Part shown: piece by piece, positions 63,501-64,000 of the stretch | Numbering within the stretch: position 1 is the first letter of the stretch | Layout: the number at the start of each line of letters is the position of its first letter | NCBI RefSeq assembly: GCF_004010195.1 | Contig: NC_057718.1 | Span: 10,134,044-10,198,043 of the forward strand | DNA from: Chiloscyllium plagiosum | Lineage: Eukaryota | Length of the DNA stretch: 64,000 bases | Direction of reading: 5' to 3' | Program-made: the position numbers and the translations under genes | The notes under the pieces: model-generated | Databases searched by the model: none | The model's input: only the letters and a program-made list of their open reading frames with translations | What the model was told of the DNA's origin: nothing

Positions 63501-63565
63501 CTCGCAAAGGACAGCAAGCACGGAGACCACGTCCTCACACAGCGACTCGACCGGGACTGAGGAGC
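3484..63565 (-). CDS. ARFGEF3: ARFGEF3 (BIG3/KIAA1244), internal part: 22 coding exons, 5' and 3' ends outside the window
   Basis: The spliced translation follows the human BIG3 sequence as I recall it, from ...VESLCEDVVSVL... to ...ETISRVGCSCIR. Exon lengths sum to 4186 nt (2 + 1394 codons + 2) with no frame break at any junction. Confidence 0.96.
4510..4657. mobile_element. Penelope-derived fold-back mini-element
   Basis: Inverted arms; flanked by direct repeat ctcaatgggatgaatg (4494-4509 / 4658-4673); inserted in a CR1 3' UTR. Confidence 0.8.
4760..4988. mobile_element. Penelope-derived fold-back mini-element with hammerhead cores on both arms
   Basis: Arms 4760-4852 and 4858-4950 are near-perfect inverted repeats with a 5-nt loop; TSD cttagagaattaaat (4745-4759 / 4989-5003). 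Confidence 0.85.
5169..5345 (-). CDS. ARFGEF3: ARFGEF3 exon 21 of window, GPGFGIFAVTHLLLPVMS...EHIHCFIQS
   Basis: 177 nt, ctgtag|...|gtagga. Confidence 0.95.
5607..6315 (-). mobile_element. HE1 SINE split by a 5'-truncated CR1 (~5701-6130, minus strand)
   Basis: HE1 tail at 5607-5700 and head at 6135-6315; the middle encodes ERLTKLGLFSLERRSKRGDLIEVYKI...AWNALP and has a (gaacata)n tail. Confidence 0.8.
6485..6613 (-). CDS. ARFGEF3: ARFGEF3 exon 20 of window, GLIQVWILLLEQLTTAISNCPRQHQPPTLDLLFELLREVTKVP
   Basis: 129 nt, ttgcag|...|gtagtg. Confidence 0.95.
6792..7106 (-). mobile_element. HE1-type SINE
   Basis: Same head, V-domain and tail as 2476-2793. Confidence 0.85.
7227..7910 (+). mobile_element. 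Old CR1 3' fragment containing an 86-bp duplication around a 37-bp inverted LINE tail
   Basis: LELVQRRFTRLIP...YEESL motif; 7227-7312 is identical to 7350-7435. Confidence 0.8.
8552..8696 (-). CDS. ARFGEF3: ARFGEF3 exon 19 of window, LLAKIYKMPSKPIF...SVLNEFDDDT
   Basis: 145 nt, ccttag|...|gtaaag. Confidence 0.94.
9854..9957 (-). CDS. ARFGEF3: ARFGEF3 exon 18 of window, GDEDCKEIGDC...LPALDYLRKCSQ
   Basis: 104 nt, ctgaag|...|gtaaag (AAG acceptor, phase consistent). Confidence 0.9.
10075..10725 (+). mobile_element. CR1 RT fragment with a nested Penelope-derived hairpin (10320-10512)
   Basis: GSVLG and KLQQGLDQLGKWAQKQQMEFN motifs; insert flanked by taggagtttcatg / taggacttccatg. Confidence 0.75.
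10960..11082 (-). CDS. ARFGEF3: ARFGEF3 exon 17 of window, GKSQAPVFDVFEAFLNTDNIQVFANAATDYIMCLMKFVKGL
   Basis: 123 nt, cggcag|...|gtaagc. Confidence 0.95.
12022..12122 (-). mobile_element. Single-arm Penelope-derived mini-element with an intact hammerhead core (12086-12118)
   Basis: TSD tatttttcaaatg (12009-12021 / 12123-12135); minus strand reads ttcCTGAAGAagggcttatgcccGAAACGTCga. Confidence 0.85.
12771..12912 (-). CDS. ARFGEF3: ARFGEF3 exon 16 of window, VITSIGELVEVCSPQIQSGWRPLFSAL...GDYTM
   Basis: 142 nt, ttttag|...|gtgagt. Confidence 0.95.
13330..13460 (-). mobile_element. Penelope terminal-repeat fragment of a second subfamily (also ~1958-2048, ~14525-14610 and a decayed copy ~40370-40490)
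   Basis: ctgcagatgctgg...gctggagaaactcagcaggtctggcag; minus strand reads CTGAAGAagggtcactggacttGAAAC. Confidence 0.65.
14217..14396 (-). CDS. ARFGEF3: ARFGEF3 exon 15 of window, AACHKERHVSQKAVSF...ELCDDDVQDQ
   Basis: 180 nt, gtccag|...|gtagga. Confidence 0.95.
15145..15290 (-). CDS. ARFGEF3: ARFGEF3 exon 14 of window, GDARSTHERRSALHLFRLG...VVGPHLAE
   Basis: 146 nt, cgacag|...|gtaagc. Confidence 0.93.
16300..17125. mobile_element. Nested, oppositely oriented CR1 fragments
   Basis: Minus-strand 3' ends (LGLFFLSRRRLTGDLIEV) followed by a plus-strand RT piece (DNTKIEG...EEDCQRIQQD). Confidence 0.65.
17203..17510 (+). mobile_element. Full-length HE1-type SINE
   Basis: A box tggcacagtgg, B box ggttcaattcc, V-domain, aatgtaatctaat tail. 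Confidence 0.9.
17710..17843 (-). CDS. ARFGEF3: ARFGEF3 exon 13 of window, LFEDAAVKLNLNALVGFLNQLRKVSQAQLFDSITETVDYSLAMP
   Basis: 134 nt, long pyrimidine tract then tcacag|...|gtaaca. Confidence 0.94.
17940..18350 (+). mobile_element. CR1 3' fragment
   Basis: RLGLFSLERKRLRGDL-like sequence followed by a 3' UTR. Confidence 0.7.
19312..20293 (+). mobile_element. Penelope-like element remnant: degenerate GIY-YIG endonuclease plus 3' terminal repeat, with an inverted terminal-repeat copy at the 5' end
   Basis: HLIYCVRCSQCGLLCTRETGRQLVEHFREHL...PVAKHFNS; ~19312-19485 is inverted relative to ~20080-20260; decayed hammerhead at 20167. Confidence 0.8.
20700..21400 (+). mobile_element. CR1 3' fragment with a nested Penelope terminal fragment (21108-21369, minus strand)
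   Basis: QRVVRVWNELPEEVV motif; insert flanked by tgtctgttt (21099-21107 / 21370-21378). Confidence 0.8.
21416..21666 (-). mobile_element. HE1 SINE lacking its head
   Basis: (gatta)n tail and V-domain. Confidence 0.8.
21911..23213 (+). mobile_element. 5'-truncated CR1 ORF2 (RT domain to 3' end) with a nested Penelope-derived hairpin at 22399-22588
   Basis: SVPQGSVLGPLLF, KFADD (22117-22128), RPHLEYCVQFW; frameshift near 22718; ttctatg tail. Confidence 0.9.
25876..26187 (-). CDS. ARFGEF3: ARFGEF3 exon 12 of window, VCEYISTLEHSHFSDG...AVCTLSTMADK
   Basis: 312 nt, ccgcag|...|gtaagt. Confidence 0.94.
26260..26896 (-). mobile_element. CR1 3' fragment with a nested Penelope terminal fragment (~26550-26714)
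   Basis: LERVQKIFTRMLPGLEGLSYKERL motif; accctggag on both sides of the insert; intact hammerhead core at 26645-26677 (minus). Confidence 0.8.
26975..27335 (+). mobile_element. tRNA-derived SINE of a second family (other copies ~11270-11520 -, 35530-35900 +, 36680-36990 -, 41870-42075 +, 58755-59070 -)
   Basis: Shared core taatgccctttag..ggaaatctgcc..ccttacc.ggtctggcctacatgtgactccagacc..cagcaatg and tail gggcaataaatgctggc. Confidence 0.65.
27532..27795. mobile_element. Penelope-derived fold-back mini-element
   Basis: TSD ttgattcccaaagt (27518-27531 / 27796-27809); CTGATGAagggcttttgcccGAAACATC on the plus arm. Confidence 0.85.
28565..28715 (-). CDS. ARFGEF3: ARFGEF3 exon 11 of window, VKQKVEQKLEQIG...DCWQHVFR
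   Basis: 151 nt, caacag|...|gtatgg. Confidence 0.94.
28815..29365 (-). mobile_element. CR1 3' fragment
   Basis: (acatagaa)n tail; reverse complement resembles the CR1 ORF2 C-terminus. Confidence 0.7.
29415..29525 (-). CDS. ARFGEF3: ARFGEF3 exon 10 of window, GVAANCASALAQMSAASCVQDEKEDKEVPETTDPIAQ
   Basis: 111 nt, ttgcag|...|gtactg. Confidence 0.93.
29800..30105. repeat. Minisatellite with a ~28-30 bp unit (tgtttaaYBttcctcacactgacccc(ta)t)
   Basis: Tandem copies visible directly, more degenerate toward the left. Confidence 0.85.
30379..30805. other. Assembly gap (427 N)
   Basis: Run of N. Confidence 1.
30806..31040 (+). mobile_element. Young CR1 3' end
   Basis: SQRVVGLWNSLPQSAVEAG...; tail cctatgtcttatggtcttatggt, same family as the 3' end at 46490-46693. 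Confidence 0.85.
31041..31735. repeat. Minisatellite with a ~29 bp unit, over 20 copies
   Basis: attgtttaaccttcctcacactgacccct repeated. Confidence 0.9.
31735..32280 (+). mobile_element. Penelope-like 3' fragment (end of GIY-YIG ORF plus terminal repeat); duplicate copy at 30106-30378
   Basis: EHLWDTRTNQPHRPVSQHFNS...LEEERLIFCLGTLQPQGINVD. Confidence 0.8.
34125..34410 (+). mobile_element. SacSINE1/DeuSINE-like element (other copies ~51215-51545 -, 57770-58315 + interrupted, 14920-15060 -, 54475-54600 -, 11935-12190 -)
   Basis: gggagcttgctgtgtgcaaattg.ctgcc..tttcctaca core, tail ..aaaggcaccatacaaatgtaaatct and the aagatc..a..gca.ta Deu-like block; assignment from memory of the consensus. Confidence 0.55.
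36193..36329 (-). mobile_element. Single-arm Penelope-derived mini-element inside a CR1 3' end (~36085-36615, minus strand)
   Basis: TSD ataccctaat (36183-36192 / 36330-36339). Confidence 0.8.
39275..39906. mobile_element. Possible solo LTR
   Basis: Begins TGTTAT and ends GTCACA; flanked by actc / actt (near 4-bp TSD). Confidence 0.4.
40055..40270 (-). CDS. ARFGEF3: ARFGEF3 exon 9 of window, GMCFARFILIGCWKNLIDTLS...KAARLSCAL
   Basis: 216 nt, caccag|...|gtatgt. Confidence 0.95.
42880..46693 (+). mobile_element. Near-full-length decayed CR1 LINE: ORF1 SGNH/GDSL esterase domain, ORF2 APE endonuclease + RT, 3' tail
   Basis: ORF1 motifs VVIGDSIIRG, CCLPGARV, VVVHVGTNN; ORF2 motifs YLNARSIRNK, IMGDFN, ILDLVL, KSPGPNGLHPRVL, NYRPISL, YLDFQKAFDKV, GVPQGS, FADD (45796-45807); many stops and frameshifts; tail ctatgtcttatggtcttat. 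Confidence 0.92.
44616..44897. repeat. 141-bp tandem duplication inside CR1 ORF2, next to a Penelope terminal fragment (~44531-44615)
   Basis: 44616-44756 and 44757-44897 are near identical. Confidence 0.9.
46870..47255 (+). mobile_element. Older Penelope terminal-repeat fragment
   Basis: cctgatgaagggccctgcccaaaatgttgactctcctgctcctcagatg...ctccagcac. Confidence 0.65.
47354..47461 (-). CDS. ARFGEF3: ARFGEF3 exon 8 of window, DMDGLGSSAVGGQMVSTASEQSPLAQEKNTPDSVTA
   Basis: 108 nt, ttgcag|...|gtaaca. Confidence 0.92.
47610..47990. repeat. Degenerate tandem repeat with a ~35-40 bp unit (cagtctacagaatctatttaaac...)
   Basis: About 10 recurrences of cagtc(t/c)acagaatYtatttaaa-like words. Confidence 0.7.
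48994..49159 (-). CDS. ARFGEF3: ARFGEF3 exon 7 of window, KEFVRQVQSSRVLMVLSQAWIEELYHQVLDRN...VTMLT
   Basis: 166 nt, ctgcag|...|gtgagt. Confidence 0.94.
50765..50931 (-). CDS. ARFGEF3: ARFGEF3 exon 6 of window, ELLHSPGIDSSEG...DYYRKKPAPVPASL
   Basis: 167 nt, ttctag|...|gtaagc. Confidence 0.92.
53130..53250 (-). mobile_element. Short repeat with a distinct hammerhead-like motif (53174-53211), probably the terminus of another Penelope family
   Basis: Minus strand reads caCTGAAGAt gttacc tagtag ggtgac AAAACGTC tg. Confidence 0.55.
53887..54467. mobile_element. HE1 SINE cluster: plus copy 53887-54203, minus copy ~54204-54385, plus tail ~54386-54467
   Basis: V-domain present in both orientations. 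Confidence 0.75.
54809..55740 (-). CDS. ARFGEF3: ARFGEF3 large exon 5 of window, IMDGMTEACIKGGIEAC...SLQSFASTFCSGLQS
   Basis: 932 nt, caccag|...|gtaccc; ORF 54708..55736. An alternative in-phase donor would end the exon at 54821. Confidence 0.9.
55957..56186. mobile_element. Penelope-derived fold-back mini-element
   Basis: TSD ttcccacctcaacta / ttcccacatcaacta (55942-55956 / 56187-56201); stem II variant gagc-ttat-gctc. Confidence 0.85.
57326..57463. mobile_element. Penelope-derived fold-back mini-element (hammerhead region deleted)
   Basis: TSD caagtgactttccca (57311-57325 / 57464-57478). Confidence 0.85.
57576..57688 (-). CDS. ARFGEF3: ARFGEF3 exon 4 of window, VLGNPQRLYDLAGPTVYEGETKRRSSQKRKSHLDLHK
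   Basis: 113 nt, ggacag|...|gtaagc. Confidence 0.92.
57988..58288. mobile_element. Penelope-derived fold-back element with a CR1 fragment in its loop
   Basis: TSD ccttggtgaatag / ccttggtcaatag (57975-57987 / 58289-58301). Confidence 0.8.
58347..58660 (+). mobile_element. Full-length HE1-type SINE
   Basis: A and B boxes (ggttcgattcc), V-domain, aatctaatct tail. Confidence 0.88.
59097..59421 (-). CDS. ARFGEF3: ARFGEF3 exon 3 of window, KQLCPALIVILGNPIHDKT...HRVEAIKIMKE
   Basis: 325 nt, ttgcag|...|gtgtgt; lies inside ORF 59046..59447. Confidence 0.93.
60856..61245 (+). mobile_element. CR1 3' fragment
   Basis: FKTEM.RNSFSQRGVNL-like sequence followed by a 3' UTR. Confidence 0.7.
61310..61414 (-). 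CDS. ARFGEF3: ARFGEF3 exon 2 of window, NNQQLQLLYLECILSMLNSSSPVMHRHKGFTDLLW
   Basis: 105 nt, tttcag|...|gtgagc. Confidence 0.93.
63481..63565 (-). CDS. ARFGEF3: ARFGEF3 exon (window exon 1), SSVPVESLCEDVVSVLAVLCEKLQRVV
   Basis: 85 nt, tgtcag|...|gtaagt, phase 1 in / phase 2 out. Confidence 0.9.
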
Positions 63566-64000
63566 CTGACAAAAGGAGCATAGGACGATCAGCACGACGC
63601 AAACATCTCTGAGAGCTCAATAAAGCCTGACACTGGCTTCAGGAATAACAGGGGGAGGGGAGGGGTACAACATGGGACGAGGAAAGGCAGACTTCAACAT
63701 GGTGTAGTGTAATGGAAACCAAGTCACATGGTGAGACATTGGGATGGACAGCCGACAGCCTGATCAAAGGGGAGTTAAGACCTACCCACTCAGTCCAAGG
63801 TTGTCATGGTGACATCTGTAAGACACAATGGTGGTCTTTTGAGAGACCACCCGAGAGGGTAGTCACAAACTCCATAGGGTGGATGATAAAGGGGGAGGGC
63901 AGGGAGGGTTTGTCCACAATTCACTCCTTGCAAGCCCACACTGAAACCATAACATGCCAAGGCTGGGGCTAAACCAACCAATGGTGGGGCTTCTGGTCCT

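Overview
Vertebrate genomic DNA, almost certainly from a cartilaginous fish: it carries HE1/V-SINE-type and SacSINE1/Deu-type SINEs and abundant CR1 LINEs. The whole window lies inside one large minus-strand gene, ARFGEF3 (BIG3/KIAA1244). I traced 22 consecutive internal coding exons from 63565 down to 3484 (4186 nt, about 1394 codons). All have GT-AG boundaries and mutually consistent phases; the start and stop codons lie outside the window. The introns are full of retroelements: a near-full-length but decayed CR1 (esterase ORF1 + APE/RT ORF2), many truncated CR1 pieces, several SINE families, minisatellites and a 427-N assembly gap. The most interesting signal is about 20 short Penelope-derived insertions. 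Many are fold-back hairpins with 9-16 bp target-site duplications, and they carry a minimal type I hammerhead-ribozyme core (CTGANGA-stem II-GAAAC-GTC) with covarying stem II. A second, unrelated repeat shows the same hammerhead architecture. Repeat boundaries were read by eye and are approximate unless a TSD is quoted.
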